A stretch of 64,000 nucleotides of DNA from Candidatus Poribacteria bacterium. Lineage in GTDB: Bacteria > Poribacteria > WGA-4E > PCPOR2b. The position numbers were made by a program, and so were the translations under genes. The stretch covers positions 1,568,001 through 1,632,000 of the forward strand of contig OZ220744.1 of NCBI GenBank assembly GCA_965116925.1. Reading direction: 5' to 3'. Of the stretch, positions 54,647 to 64,000 are shown piece after piece. Below the pieces are notes generated by a model. The model did no database searches, was not told the origin of the DNA, and worked only from the letters and a program-made list of their open reading frames with translations. Position 1 is the first letter of the stretch. Each line of letters opens with the position of its first letter.

Positions 54647-57244
54647 ATGTTTCAAACAGGGAAAATAGCACTAATTTTGTTTAGTGTTATTGCATCACTT
54701 TTTGTCCTGTCTATCGCTGCGGCGCAGGAATCAACTGAAGCTGAGATGTCAGATGATGCTGAGATGTCAGATGATATGGAATCTGATACGGCAGCTGAAG
54801 AAGATGTTGTTGAGCTTGAAGAACAGGTAGTGATCGGTTCAAGAGCGCGCCCTCGTTCTGTTATTGATTCAGCGGTGCCTATTGACACCATTCGCGGTGA
54901 TGATCTCGCCAAGCAAGGTGTTACGGATTTACAAGATATGTTTAGAAATTTGGTGCCTTCTTTCAATGTTAACACCCAACCAATTAGCGACGCGGGAACG
55001 GTTGTTCGACCTGCGAATTTGCGAGGATTGGCACCCGACCACACATTGGTGCTAGTCAACGGTAAACGGCGTCATCGTGCGTCGGTGATTCACTGGTTAG
55101 GTAATGGATTGGCTGATGGTGCCCAGGGCCCTGACCTGTCTGCCATCCCGGCGATCGCGTTAAGGCAGGTAGAGGTGCTCCGGGACGGAGCTTCCGCCCA
55201 ATACGGTTCCGATGCCATCGCAGGGGTGATGAACTTCCAACTCAAGGATAGCCATGAGGGGGGGGCGATTGAATTCAAGCCCGGTATTTATCAGTATGGG
55301 GATGGTCGCCAATACGCGGTCGCCGGTAATATCGGTTTGGGTAGTGAGGAAACGTGGACCAACCTGAGCTTAGAATATGGCGGTGCTGATCCCACCATCC
55401 GCTCGGTCCAACGCGATGATGCCAAAGCGTTAGAGGGAGCAGGCAACATCAGTGTGAGAAACCCTGCACAAATTTGGGGACAACCCATTGTAGAAGGCGA
55501 TCTAAAATTCTTCGCCAACTATGGAAGCGTTCTGACGGATAACATCGACTTCTATGGGCACGCCAACTATGCTAGAAAGCGGGTTGAAGGTGGTTTCTAT
55601 TTCCGAAATCCCAACACCCGTAGCGGTGTGTTTAGCACTGACGGGGGTGATACTTTGCTAGTTGGAGATTTGTCAGGCGGTGAATACCCCAATATCCCCA
55701 TTACCGACCATAAGCCTGATGCCGCAGAGTTAGCAAAGGTGTTCGCAGATCCCAATCTGTTCACCTTCCAAGAGATGTTCCCGGGCGGATTCACGCCGAG
55801 ATTTGGGGCAAATACAGTGGATAGTTCTGTTCTTGTTGGAGTTAAAGGCTCCGCTTTGGAATCTCTGCTTCCTTCAGGATTGGGTTGGGATCTGAGTGGC
55901 TATTTTGGACGACACCATGCCGATTTCTTTATCTTCAACACCGTCAATGCCTCTCTGGGTCCCGATACACCTACCGATTTCGATCCGGGCGACTACATCC
56001 AGACCGATTACAACCTTAACTTTGATGTGACGCACCAACTCAATGAGATGCTGTTCTTCGCGTCAGGTTTGGAATATCGGAACGAGGGTTTTGAGGTGAT
56101 AGAGGGACAAAGAGAATCCTATCAGATTGGTCCTTTGGCAGGGCAAGGCTTCAGTGCCGCTTCTAACGGGTTTTCAGGGTTCAGCCAAGTCGCTGCAGGC
56201 GAATGGGATCGCGCTAATGTTGCGGCCTATTTGGAAAGTGAAATCAACCCTCTCAAACACTGGCTGGTCGCTCTTGCCGGGCGCTTTGAAGATTTTGAGG
56301 ATTTTGGACAGACCTTCAACTACAAGGTCGCCACCAATATTGGCGTTACAGACTTTCTTGAGGACGCCAATCTGATAGGCAATGATGCGATGATCCTGAA
56401 ATTCCGTGGCAGTTATAGCACAGGATTCAGGGCACCGACCCCAGGGCAACAAAACACCTTCAATGTTACGACCGAGTTCAATTTTGAAAAGAATGATTTG
56501 GTCAATAACGGAACGATTCCTTCAACCAACCGAGCCGCTGCGTTGGTGGGCGGTAGGGCACTTGAGCCCGAAACCTCCACAAACTTCACCAGTGGTTTTA
56601 CCTTTGAGGTAAGGGATATAAACCTCACGGTAGACCTGTTTGATATTCGGATGCAGGACCGGCTAGCTCTGTCCCAAGACTTCGCACTGAGCGAAGAACA
56701 GAAGGAAGAGTTGCTTAAGGCTGGTGTGACTAGCGCGGCAAACCTACAGGAATTCCGATTCTTTACCAATGACTTTGATACAACAACCCAAGGTATTGAT
56801 ATTGTTCTGACCGTACCAGTACCGAATGGTGATGTTACCGCTATCTATAACCGCACGGATACGACCGTTACCGACTTCAACCCGGAAACGCTCGACGACC
56901 TGCGGATTAAAGAGTTGGAAGAGAACCTACCGAAACAACGTGCAAGTCTCACAGTAACCCAATCCATAACGAGCCAATGGAGCGTTCTGGGTCGGGGTAG
57001 CTATTTCGGCGACTGGTACGATTCTGAGGATGATGAGACTTACACCGGCAAGGTACTTTTTGACTTGGAATCGAGTTACATGGCGGCTTCCGGCATAATC
57101 ATCACGTTGGGTGTCCAGAACCTTCTCAACACCTATCCCGACGAAAATCCGAAGTCGGGTAATATTGGCAACCAATACGGTCAATTTAGCCCATTCGGCT
57201 TTAATGGGGCGTACTGGTATGCTAAGTTTGGTTACACTTTCTAA
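54647..57244 (+). CDS. TonB-dependent receptor
   Basis: Signal peptide; VVIGSR TonB box; LRGL...TLVLVNGKR; VEVLRDGASAQYGSDAIAGV; C-terminal Phe. Confidence 0.95.
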   Translation: MFQTGKIALILFSVIASLFVLSIAAAQESTEAEMSDDAEMSDDMESDTAAEEDVVELEEQVVIGSRARPRSVIDSAVPIDTIRGDDLAKQGVTDLQDMFRNLVPSFNVNTQPISDAGTVVRPANLRGLAPDHTLVLVNGKRRHRASVIHWLGNGLADGAQGPDLSAIPAIALRQVEVLRDGASAQYGSDAIAGVMNFQLKDSHEGGAIEFKPGIYQYGDGRQYAVAGNIGLGSEETWTNLSLEYGGADPTIRSVQRDDAKALEGAGNISVRNPAQIWGQPIVEGDLKFFANYGSVLTDNIDFYGHANYARKRVEGGFYFRNPNTRSGVFSTDGGDTLLVGDLSGGEYPNIPITDHKPDAAELAKVFADPNLFTFQEMFPGGFTPRFGANTVDSSVLVGVKGSALESLLPSGLGWDLSGYFGRHHADFFIFNTVNASLGPDTPTDFDPGDYIQTDYNLNFDVTHQLNEMLFFASGLEYRNEGFEVIEGQRESYQIGPLAGQGFSAASNGFSGFSQVAAGEWDRANVAAYLESEINPLKHWLVALAGRFEDFEDFGQTFNYKVATNIGVTDFLEDANLIGNDAMILKFRGSYSTGFRAPTPGQQNTFNVTTEFNFEKNDLVNNGTIPSTNRAAALVGGRALEPETSTNFTSGFTFEVRDINLTVDLFDIRMQDRLALSQDFALSEEQKEELLKAGVTSAANLQEFRFFTNDFDTTTQGIDIVLTVPVPNGDVTAIYNRTDTTVTDFNPETLDDLRIKELEENLPKQRASLTVTQSITSQWSVLGRGSYFGDWYDSEDDETYTGKVLFDLESSYMAASGIIITLGVQNLLNTYPDENPKSGNIGNQYGQFSPFGFNGAYWYAKFGYTF
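54740..54775 (+). repeat. 18-bp in-frame tandem duplication (AEMSDD x2)
   Basis: GCTGAGATGTCAGATGAT x2. Confidence 0.9.
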
Positions 57245-57325
57245 ATGGGTGAAACGTAAGAATAATGCGTAATACGTAAGATTTTTTATGTATTACGTAT
57301 TATACTTCATTTGAATCAATGAACC

Positions 57326-57397
57326 AATAAAGTGAAACTCAACACTAATAACCAGTGGATCGGTTGAATTAGGTGTTGGGTTTCACTTTTTTTATTT
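57326..57397 (+). terminator. Long hairpin with T-tract downstream of the TonB receptor
   Basis: AAAAGTGAAACTCAACAC...GTGTTGGGTTTCACTTTTTTT. Confidence 0.6.
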
Positions 57398-57524
57398 ATG
57401 CCTAACGCAAGTTGTTACTTATGAGGAACATGACAAACCGGATGGACGCTAAAGGGCTGGCTTTGTTTTAGCGTTCAATCCAACTCCGTTCCAAGCATCT
57501 GCGACCTACCACCGAACAAGGCTA

Positions 57525-57541
57525 TTGGCATCAATCTTGCA
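57525..57541 (+). promoter_or_regulatory. sigma54 (-24/-12) promoter
   Basis: TTGGCATCAATCTTGCA = TGGCAY-N5-TTGCA (GG-N10-GC), upstream of an operon encoding a sigma54 activator. Confidence 0.75.
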
Positions 57542-57700
57542 TTCGGATTGATGACCCAAATTATATTGTTGACTTACGTAAAAACTGGGTGCAATGATTG
57601 GATAAATGTGCTAAACTCTTAGGCGCAGATTTCCGAATACTCAATCTAATCTCAACCCGAGGATTGATAACTGAATCTCGCTTAAGGGGACTCATGATAA

Positions 57701-58933
57701 ATGCCAACCGAAAAGAACAAGATTGAAGCTGAAGTCAATCGCCACGATGATTTACAAACCCGTCTATCGTTCCTGAAGTTTAATCAGCAGGATGAAGAAC
57801 ATCTCAAAGCACTCGCAGAGGTTTTCGCTCCCCACATTCCCAATATTGTACACAGTTTCTATCAACACCTACAAGGATTTGAAGAAACCGCTTCGCTGCT
57901 GACTGACGAACTGATTACGAAGCGGTTATTAGATGTACAACAACGCTATCTTGAGAGATTGACAGAAGGAAATTATGACCAACAGTATGCGGCAGAACGT
58001 TCGCAAATTGGGCATACCCACAATCGCGTTGGACTGGAACCGAGATGGTATATTGGGACATACAATTTGTATATCCATCTCTTAGTTCCGTTGATATGTG
58101 AGGCGTACCGCGATGAACCAGAGCGTAGCCAGAATGCCATCCTCGCTCTGACGAAGGTGCTCATGTTGGATATGCAACTGGCAATCGAAGCATATATTGA
58201 GCGGCAACAGTTAGAAGCACAGATTATTCAATCCGAGAGATTCGCTGCAATTGGGCAACTGGCAGCCCGGGTCGCTCATGAACTTCGCAACCCGCTATCC
58301 TCGGTAGAATTGAATTTAGATTTGCTTGCCGATGAAGTCGCCGATGGTCCAGAGATGGATGTCGCGGAGGCGAACGACCTGCTTAAATCTATTCACAATG
58401 AAGTTGAACGGTTGGCTAACATTGTTTCAGAATATCTGGTGTTTGCAAGATTGCCTCGTTTTGAATTTGAGCACGAATCTCTCAATACTGTCGTACAGGC
58501 ATTTTGCGACTTTATCGAACCACAGTTACAGCAAGCCCAAATCACGTTTTCGATAGAACTCGCTGAGAACTTGCCTTTCACCTTATTGGATGCCGAACAG
58601 ATCCAATGTGTTTTGCATAACCTGTTCAAAAACGCCATCGAAGCCATGCCTTCAGGTGGCGAATTTTCGATCCAAACTAGTGTTAGATCTTCTCGGATTG
58701 TGCTGCGAATTTCCGACACAGGCGTGGGCATCCCGCTACCAGATCAGAAACGGATCTTTGATCCCTTTTTCACTACCAAGAAAGGGGGAACCGGTTTAGG
58801 CCTTTCGCTTGCTGGGGAAATCATCAAACATCATCAGGGGACAATTCTTTGTAGGAGTGTTGTTGATCAAGGTACAGAGTTTATCATTACGTTTCCAATA
58901 CGGGACGAGGAATTGAACGAAAGTGGAACATAG
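57701..58933 (+). CDS. Protoglobin (globin-coupled) sensor histidine kinase
   Basis: IVHSFYQHL, IGHTHNRVGLEPRWY (proximal His), AHELRNPL, NLFKNA, DTGVGI, GGTGLGL; no TM segment. Confidence 0.9.
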   Translation: MPTEKNKIEAEVNRHDDLQTRLSFLKFNQQDEEHLKALAEVFAPHIPNIVHSFYQHLQGFEETASLLTDELITKRLLDVQQRYLERLTEGNYDQQYAAERSQIGHTHNRVGLEPRWYIGTYNLYIHLLVPLICEAYRDEPERSQNAILALTKVLMLDMQLAIEAYIERQQLEAQIIQSERFAAIGQLAARVAHELRNPLSSVELNLDLLADEVADGPEMDVAEANDLLKSIHNEVERLANIVSEYLVFARLPRFEFEHESLNTVVQAFCDFIEPQLQQAQITFSIELAENLPFTLLDAEQIQCVLHNLFKNAIEAMPSGGEFSIQTSVRSSRIVLRISDTGVGIPLPDQKRIFDPFFTTKKGGTGLGLSLAGEIIKHHQGTILCRSVVDQGTEFIITFPIRDEELNESGT

Positions 58934-58988
58934 AACAAGCCGCTACCTAAATCACCAAAACACATCACACACTGGAGGGGCGATAATC

Positions 58989-60353
58989 ATGAATTCAGAT
59001 AAATTAGTTCTCGTGGTCGATGATGATGCGCCTATTCGAGATTCCCTTGAAAGGATCCTAAAGCGTGGCGGATACACTATCCAAACTGCCGCGGATGGCG
59101 AATCCGCTTTAGAATTGATTCGTCGGTACCCGGTCAATCTGATTCTCGCCGATTTGAGAATGCCCAACATGGACGGATTACAGTTGCTCAAAGCTGCCAA
59201 ATTACTTTCCCCCGAAATCGAGGTCATTCTGATGACAGCCTATGGTGAAGTGGATACAGCTGTTGAAGCGATGCGAGCCGGTGCGTTTCACTTTATTCAA
59301 AAACCGTTGAAGCGTTCTGAAATTTTGCTCACCATCGCCCGTGCTCTTGAAAAACAGATGTTGGCTATAGAAGTCCAATCCCTACGGAAACAGATAGACG
59401 CCGAATATTCTTTGGAGAACATCATCGGAAAAAGTCCCGCTATGCGTCAATTGATTACAAAGGTGCAACAGGTTGCATCAAGCACTGCTAGCGTCCTAAT
59501 CACCGGTGAAAGTGGGACAGGCAAAGAAGTTTTTGCTAACGCAATCCATGCTTTAAGCCCAAGAATAGATAAACCGATGATTAAAGTGAATTGCGGCGCG
59601 TTCCCCGATACCCTGTTGGAATCCGAGCTTTTTGGATACGAAAGAGGGGCATTCACAGACGCTAAAGTAAGCAAGCCTGGACGTTTTGAACTCGCGGATG
59701 GAGGAACACTCTTTTTAGATGAAATTGGCGAAATGCCTAAGCCACTACAAGTGAAGTTGTTACGGGTTCTGCAAGATGGCAAATTTGAGCGACTCGGTGG
59801 GACCAAATCCCTCAGTGTGGATGTGCGCTTAATCGCGGCTACAAACAAGGATTTGGCGGCGGAAATCGAGGCAGGTAATTTTCGGGATGACCTGTTCTAT
59901 CGGCTCAATGTGATTACCCTCGAACTCCCACCACTACGCTCTCGCAGGGAGGATATTCCACTGCTTGTAGACTGTTTCGTAAAAAAATATAGTGAAAAAA
60001 CAGAGAAACCGATCCGAGGTATTTCTCGTCAAGCGTTGGAGGCACTTGACGACTATCATTGGCCGGGCAATATTCGCGAGCTGGAAAACGCAATTGAACA
60101 AGCAGTGGTGTTAACACAATCTAATGACATCGAACAGATAGATCTTCCGGTATCAATTCACAAGGGGGATAAGGCCCCGGCTTATTCTGAGGATCTGAAG
60201 TCGATTGTTGTGCCTTTAGGAACACCTATGGAAGATATTGAACGAAAAGTGATAGCCGAGGTGCTTTCGATGACTTCTGGCGACAAGGAATTGGCAGCGA
60301 AGTTGCTCCAGATTTCGTCACGCACTATCTACCGAAAACTGGAAAAGAATTAG
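58989..60353 (+). CDS. sigma54-dependent response regulator (NtrC/AtoC type)
   Basis: VVDDD, DLRMP, GESGTGKE, GAFTDA, FLDEIG, WPGNIREL, C-terminal HTH; RBS GGAGGGG. Confidence 0.95.
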   Translation: MNSDKLVLVVDDDAPIRDSLERILKRGGYTIQTAADGESALELIRRYPVNLILADLRMPNMDGLQLLKAAKLLSPEIEVILMTAYGEVDTAVEAMRAGAFHFIQKPLKRSEILLTIARALEKQMLAIEVQSLRKQIDAEYSLENIIGKSPAMRQLITKVQQVASSTASVLITGESGTGKEVFANAIHALSPRIDKPMIKVNCGAFPDTLLESELFGYERGAFTDAKVSKPGRFELADGGTLFLDEIGEMPKPLQVKLLRVLQDGKFERLGGTKSLSVDVRLIAATNKDLAAEIEAGNFRDDLFYRLNVITLELPPLRSRREDIPLLVDCFVKKYSEKTEKPIRGISRQALEALDDYHWPGNIRELENAIEQAVVLTQSNDIEQIDLPVSIHKGDKAPAYSEDLKSIVVPLGTPMEDIERKVIAEVLSMTSGDKELAAKLLQISSRTIYRKLEKN

Positions 60354-60397
60354 AGATGTTAATATAATAAAGATAATCCTACGACGGAGGAAACACG

Positions 60398-61159
60398 ATG
60401 ATCCAAAACATTCTCGTCGCGATCGGCGACACACCACATGAACAGAACGCCTTTGAATATGCTGGGCATTTAGCTGCGCTGCTAGACGCTCACCTTTCGT
60501 GCGTCTACTTTGCTGATGAAAGACATCGCGGTCAGGAAGACATTGCCGCTAGAGTTTTCGACAATACGGAATCAGTACTTGCTGAATTCGAGTTTTTATC
60601 CGCTCACGTTGATACTATCACTGGGAACCCTGTAAGAAACCTCTGTGAAAAAGCGCATACTGCCGATCTCGTCGTGGTCGGTATCCCTGAGTCAATCAAA
60701 ATGAAGGGATTACGGTTGATTCACGACAACATCGACGATATTCTGTCCCGCATAACGAAACCGACGATTGTTGTCCATGAGCAATGCACAGTTCTACAAA
60801 AAATTCTGACTGTCCATCACGGCGATGCAGCATCCGACCATGTTCTTGAATTGACAGCGGAGCTGGCAAAGCGAGCCGAGGCGAGCTTGTTCGGTTTATC
60901 ACTGGCAGATACGCAAGTGGGAGCAGCTGAGATCTCTGGACGGATGCGTGAATATCTTCGGTACTACCAAGTGGAAACAGAGTTCAGAGCGCAGTTGGGT
61001 TTTACTGTAACCAACATTCTGAATACAGCAACAGAAGAGGACTGTGATTTAATCGCGCTGAGTGCGAATCATCATGGGCGGTTGTATGAGCTGATTTTTC
61101 AGGACACGACGGAGATGGTTGTAAAACTCGCAGATCGAGCGGTGCTTGTCACCCGGTAG
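60398..61159 (+). CDS. Tandem universal stress protein
   Basis: ILVAI, DLVVVG, DLIALS; two USP domains. Confidence 0.85.
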   Translation: MIQNILVAIGDTPHEQNAFEYAGHLAALLDAHLSCVYFADERHRGQEDIAARVFDNTESVLAEFEFLSAHVDTITGNPVRNLCEKAHTADLVVVGIPESIKMKGLRLIHDNIDDILSRITKPTIVVHEQCTVLQKILTVHHGDAASDHVLELTAELAKRAEASLFGLSLADTQVGAAEISGRMREYLRYYQVETEFRAQLGFTVTNILNTATEEDCDLIALSANHHGRLYELIFQDTTEMVVKLADRAVLVTR

Positions 61160-61223
61160 TGCACCGACATAAAAAACTTGTGTCGGTTGGGAGTGCTTCC
61201 GCGGTTGGTTCGGAGTTAAGATA

Positions 61224-61892
61224 ATGTTGGAAGTTGAAGCAAAATTTCAGGTAACATCGCCACAGATATTTGATCAGATTCGATCGCAGAAGCGAGTGGC
61301 AGATTATACACTTTCGGATTGGACGAACAGTTCACAACTAGATACCTATCTTGACACAACGACCGGATTGTTCTTACGGACTGGTGCTTCCTTGCGGCTC
61401 AGGAAGAAGTTTCTCACAACCGGAGCTATCAAGGCGGGAACACAGCTCGTTACATTTAAAACCCAAGCCAAAGGGGTTTATACTCGTACGGAGCTGGAAA
61501 TGCCGATTACGAACCAACAGGTGCAAGCACTATTAAATGGAAATTTTGAGAGGGTTCATGTGGAGGCCGTGGAAGCGACTGTGCATCATCTAAAGGGAGA
61601 AAAGGTATTCCCTGTCCTGCATGTCGAAAACAGCCGTGAAACATGGCTCTTAAATGCGGATCCGGGTTGTATCGAAGTGTGTTTTGATGCAGTGCGGTAT
61701 GCGGATATGGATAGAACACAGTCTGTTCAGGAGTATGGCGTTGAGTTAGAACTCAAAGCCGGTGAACCTGTGTTCCTACAACAGATTGCTGACACATTAT
61801 CTCAACAGTATGATCTAATTCCGACCTTTCAATCGAAATATGAGCGCGGCGTAGCACTCTTGAATCTGTTCGCTGTCAACAGGGAGAGTTAA
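61224..61892 (+). CDS. CYTH domain protein
   Basis: EVEAKF, DTYLDT, LRLR, ELELK, SKYERG. Confidence 0.9.
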   Translation: MLEVEAKFQVTSPQIFDQIRSQKRVADYTLSDWTNSSQLDTYLDTTTGLFLRTGASLRLRKKFLTTGAIKAGTQLVTFKTQAKGVYTRTELEMPITNQQVQALLNGNFERVHVEAVEATVHHLKGEKVFPVLHVENSRETWLLNADPGCIEVCFDAVRYADMDRTQSVQEYGVELELKAGEPVFLQQIADTLSQQYDLIPTFQSKYERGVALLNLFAVNRES

Positions 61893-61913
61893 AAAAAGGA
61901 GGTTACCAACGTT

Positions 61914-62096
61914 ATGACCAACGTAAAGAAAATCAAAGGTATTGCGCCGGAGAAAAATCTTGATCCGCTATTCGATACATGCGGGCGGCAAAGTATCAGG
62001 CGTTTTTGCAGCAATGGATTGCGCTTGAGGAGGCAGATTTCAAGGGTCAATTCCTTAAAATCGTTACAGATGAAAACCAATAGTGCCATTTCATAA
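61914..62096 (+). pseudogene. Possible truncated CHAD-domain gene or small ORF
   Basis: Strong RBS AAGGAGG; MTNVKKIKGIAPEKNL resembles CHAD N-termini; follows CYTH. Confidence 0.35.
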
Positions 62097-62142
62097 CTGT
62101 TGATAATGTGAAGCTGAAACGTGCAGACAACTGGTTAAATTG

Positions 62143-63549
62143 ATGCCGATAGCGAAACAAGCAGAATTTCAAGTTGGCTATGTTTGGATGGCTTTGGCGA
62201 TTGCCATCTTTGGTGGATTCGCGCTAGCTGGTCATCTCGCCTTCGTCATGGGCTTTGATCGACCGTTGGGCGATGGTTTTGCAAGCCTTATTCAGATTCA
62301 CGGACATCTACAATTGGTCGGTTGGGCGGGGTTATTTATTATCGGTATCAGTCTTCACTTCATTCCACGTCTATCAAGCGTTCCCATTTCACACCCCCAA
62401 TGGATTCCCCGTCTGCTTTGGCTCATCGGAATCGGTTTGCTACTACGATTTATTTCACACTCGATTCTACCCTACCTTGATAACGGCTTCCTTTTTATCT
62501 TCTTAAGTTGGATAACCGCCGCCTCCGGATTGCTTGAATGGTATGGGGTGCTGATCTACTTGGCACTGTTAGTAGGTACAACCTTCGGTATGTCTAAGAC
62601 GGATCGAAGACCGCCCTTGATGGCTGTCCGCCCATACTTTGGGATGATGATGGTGGGTTTTCTGCTCTACGCCACAATTCATGCCGTATTGCTGTTACTG
62701 ATGGCGTGGCGAGGGAACATTGTCGTGGGTCAAGCGTGGAATGAGATTTCGATTCACATCTTCATTGGTCTGGTGCTGTTGCCCGTTGCATTCGGGTTTT
62801 CAATTCGGATGCTTCCGCTTTATCTTCGGCTTCCAGTCGCAGATTGGCACGTTCGGCGTGTGGCATACGTTTATCTCATTGGATTTCTGTGCCAGATCAG
62901 GGAAATCCTTCCGATAGATTTCCTTAGCCATATAGAGGAGTACATCTCCAGCGTGGGAAGGTTGGTGAAAGCCAGCATCATCTTATACGTCGTCTGGAAA
63001 CTGGATGTTCTGACGCGCAGACAAGAGCCGCCGATTGCCCATCGCGATTTGCAGCCATCGCCGGATCGCCGAGCGACACGTGGGACTAGCCCGGACCACG
63101 GAGCGTATGGTCGGTTCGAGTGGCACATCTACGCTGCATACGGTTGGCTTGTATTCGGCGCACTTGCTGAGATGCTCATTGGCGGTTTTGGGATTTTTCG
63201 GCTCCCGCTTGCGATTAGTAGCGATGTAATTCGACACATCTATCTGCTCGGATTCATTACCAATCTTATCATGGGTATGGCGGTTCGGATGGTTCCCGGC
63301 TTTCTGAGAAAACGGCGCATTGCAAGCACAAGGTTGATTGATGGAACATTCTGGTTAACCAACGTCGCCGTTGTTGGAAGGGTAGTGCCCTTACTTCTAT
63401 CGTTGGTGCTATTCGATGTGCCTGAATCCATTGACATAATCGCTCAAGCCGCGTTTGGACTGTCAGGAATTTTAGGGCTACTGGCAACAATCTGCCTTGC
63501 TATCAACCTGTGGAAAACAGCGCGTGGTATGCCTACACAACCTGTGTAG
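62143..63549 (+). CDS. NnrS-like polytopic membrane protein
   Basis: HGHLQLVGWAGLFIIG...HFIPR, RMLP, RHIYLLGF...MAVRMVP; many TM helices. Confidence 0.7.
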   Translation: MPIAKQAEFQVGYVWMALAIAIFGGFALAGHLAFVMGFDRPLGDGFASLIQIHGHLQLVGWAGLFIIGISLHFIPRLSSVPISHPQWIPRLLWLIGIGLLLRFISHSILPYLDNGFLFIFLSWITAASGLLEWYGVLIYLALLVGTTFGMSKTDRRPPLMAVRPYFGMMMVGFLLYATIHAVLLLLMAWRGNIVVGQAWNEISIHIFIGLVLLPVAFGFSIRMLPLYLRLPVADWHVRRVAYVYLIGFLCQIREILPIDFLSHIEEYISSVGRLVKASIILYVVWKLDVLTRRQEPPIAHRDLQPSPDRRATRGTSPDHGAYGRFEWHIYAAYGWLVFGALAEMLIGGFGIFRLPLAISSDVIRHIYLLGFITNLIMGMAVRMVPGFLRKRRIASTRLIDGTFWLTNVAVVGRVVPLLLSLVLFDVPESIDIIAQAAFGLSGILGLLATICLAINLWKTARGMPTQPV

Positions 63550-63621
63550 AAAGCACTTGTTGCTTCAACAGGCTTTCAGGTGGAGTGTGGAATGAGTAGG
63601 CGAACACCCCAGTTCCTTTGC

Positions 63622-63999
63622 CTATTTACGTGGTAAATGAATCGAACCGTGTCGTCGTGTTGACCATTCTTGGGCAACAATACGGAAAATATCGGACTCC
63701 GTAATGACACCAACAAGATTCACTCCCACGGGATCAACGACGGGTAGACCGCTGATCTTGTTTTCCAGCATTTTTTGCGCCGCTTCGCCGATTGTCGCAT
63801 CCTCAGCAACCGTTACTGGATCGGGTGTCATCACTTCCCCCACCGTCATCTGTTCCAGCTTTTGGGAGAGTGTCTGTTCCGTATTGCTGAATAAATCAAA
63901 CACTCGATATAAATCGCTCAAGGTCACGATGCCAACGAGTCGATCCGAAGCAACAACTGGCAGTCGCCGAATCTGATCGACAAGCATCAATTGATATGC
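63622..63999 (-). CDS. CBS-domain protein (5' end outside the window)
   Basis: IRRLPVV, VGEVMT, ISGLPVV, GVITESD. Confidence 0.88.
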   Translation of the reverse strand, partial: AYQLMLVDQIRRLPVVASDRLVGIVTLSDLYRVFDLFSNTEQTLSQKLEQMTVGEVMTPDPVTVAEDATIGEAAQKMLENKISGLPVVDPVGVNLVGVITESDIFRIVAQEWSTRRHGSIHLPRK

Positions 64000-64000
64000 C

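Noticed and set aside
57358..57370. Complementarity of GATCGGTTGAATT to the TonB leader (54550-54563), suggesting an invertible or looped unit
   Set aside because: Only about 13 nt with a gap, and no recombinase nearby; could be chance.
59647..59664. GAFTDA instead of GAFTGA as a sign of an inactive activator
   Set aside because: GAFTDA is a common variant, and a sigma54 promoter is present upstream.
652..63976. Numerous antisense and alternate-frame ORFs in the track
   Set aside because: They are shadows of well-supported genes, with no motifs or RBS support.
1..64000. CRISPR array, rRNA, tRNA, transposase, integrase or reverse transcriptase
   Set aside because: No regularly spaced repeat-spacer array and no recognisable RNA gene or such protein motifs. 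The repeats are dispersed inverted-repeat elements.

Overview
Bacterial genomic DNA, most likely Candidatus Poribacteria. This is inferred from internalin-type LRR proteins with dockerin-like ends, repeated 'YPNPFNPETWIPYQL' C-terminal domains, three PhyH dioxygenases, a sulfatase and enolase-superfamily enzymes. There are about 40 CDS: catabolic enzymes, two tandem LRR-glycoside-hydrolase-like proteins, a vapBC-like TA pair, blaI followed by two modular M56/BlaR1 proteins, a 1995-aa repeat/carbohydrate-binding surface protein, mobA-moeA, gpmI, a pspA-yjfI-M55 operon, an S8 protease, a deletion-broken 5'-nucleotidase, a TonB-dependent receptor with a structured leader, and a sigma54-preceded protoglobin kinase/NtrC/USP/CYTH/NnrS-like locus. 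I found no rRNA, tRNA, CRISPR array, transposase or RAYT. The most striking signal is non-coding. At least six families of short inverted-repeat elements (here A-F), most carrying GTAG-type REP hairpins, are nested inside one another with readable target-site duplications. B sits in the end of A, A in the end of D, and D in the end of C. E sits exactly at the dyad axis of hairpins with only a 1-bp duplication. Family and domain names come from motif recognition, not database searches.
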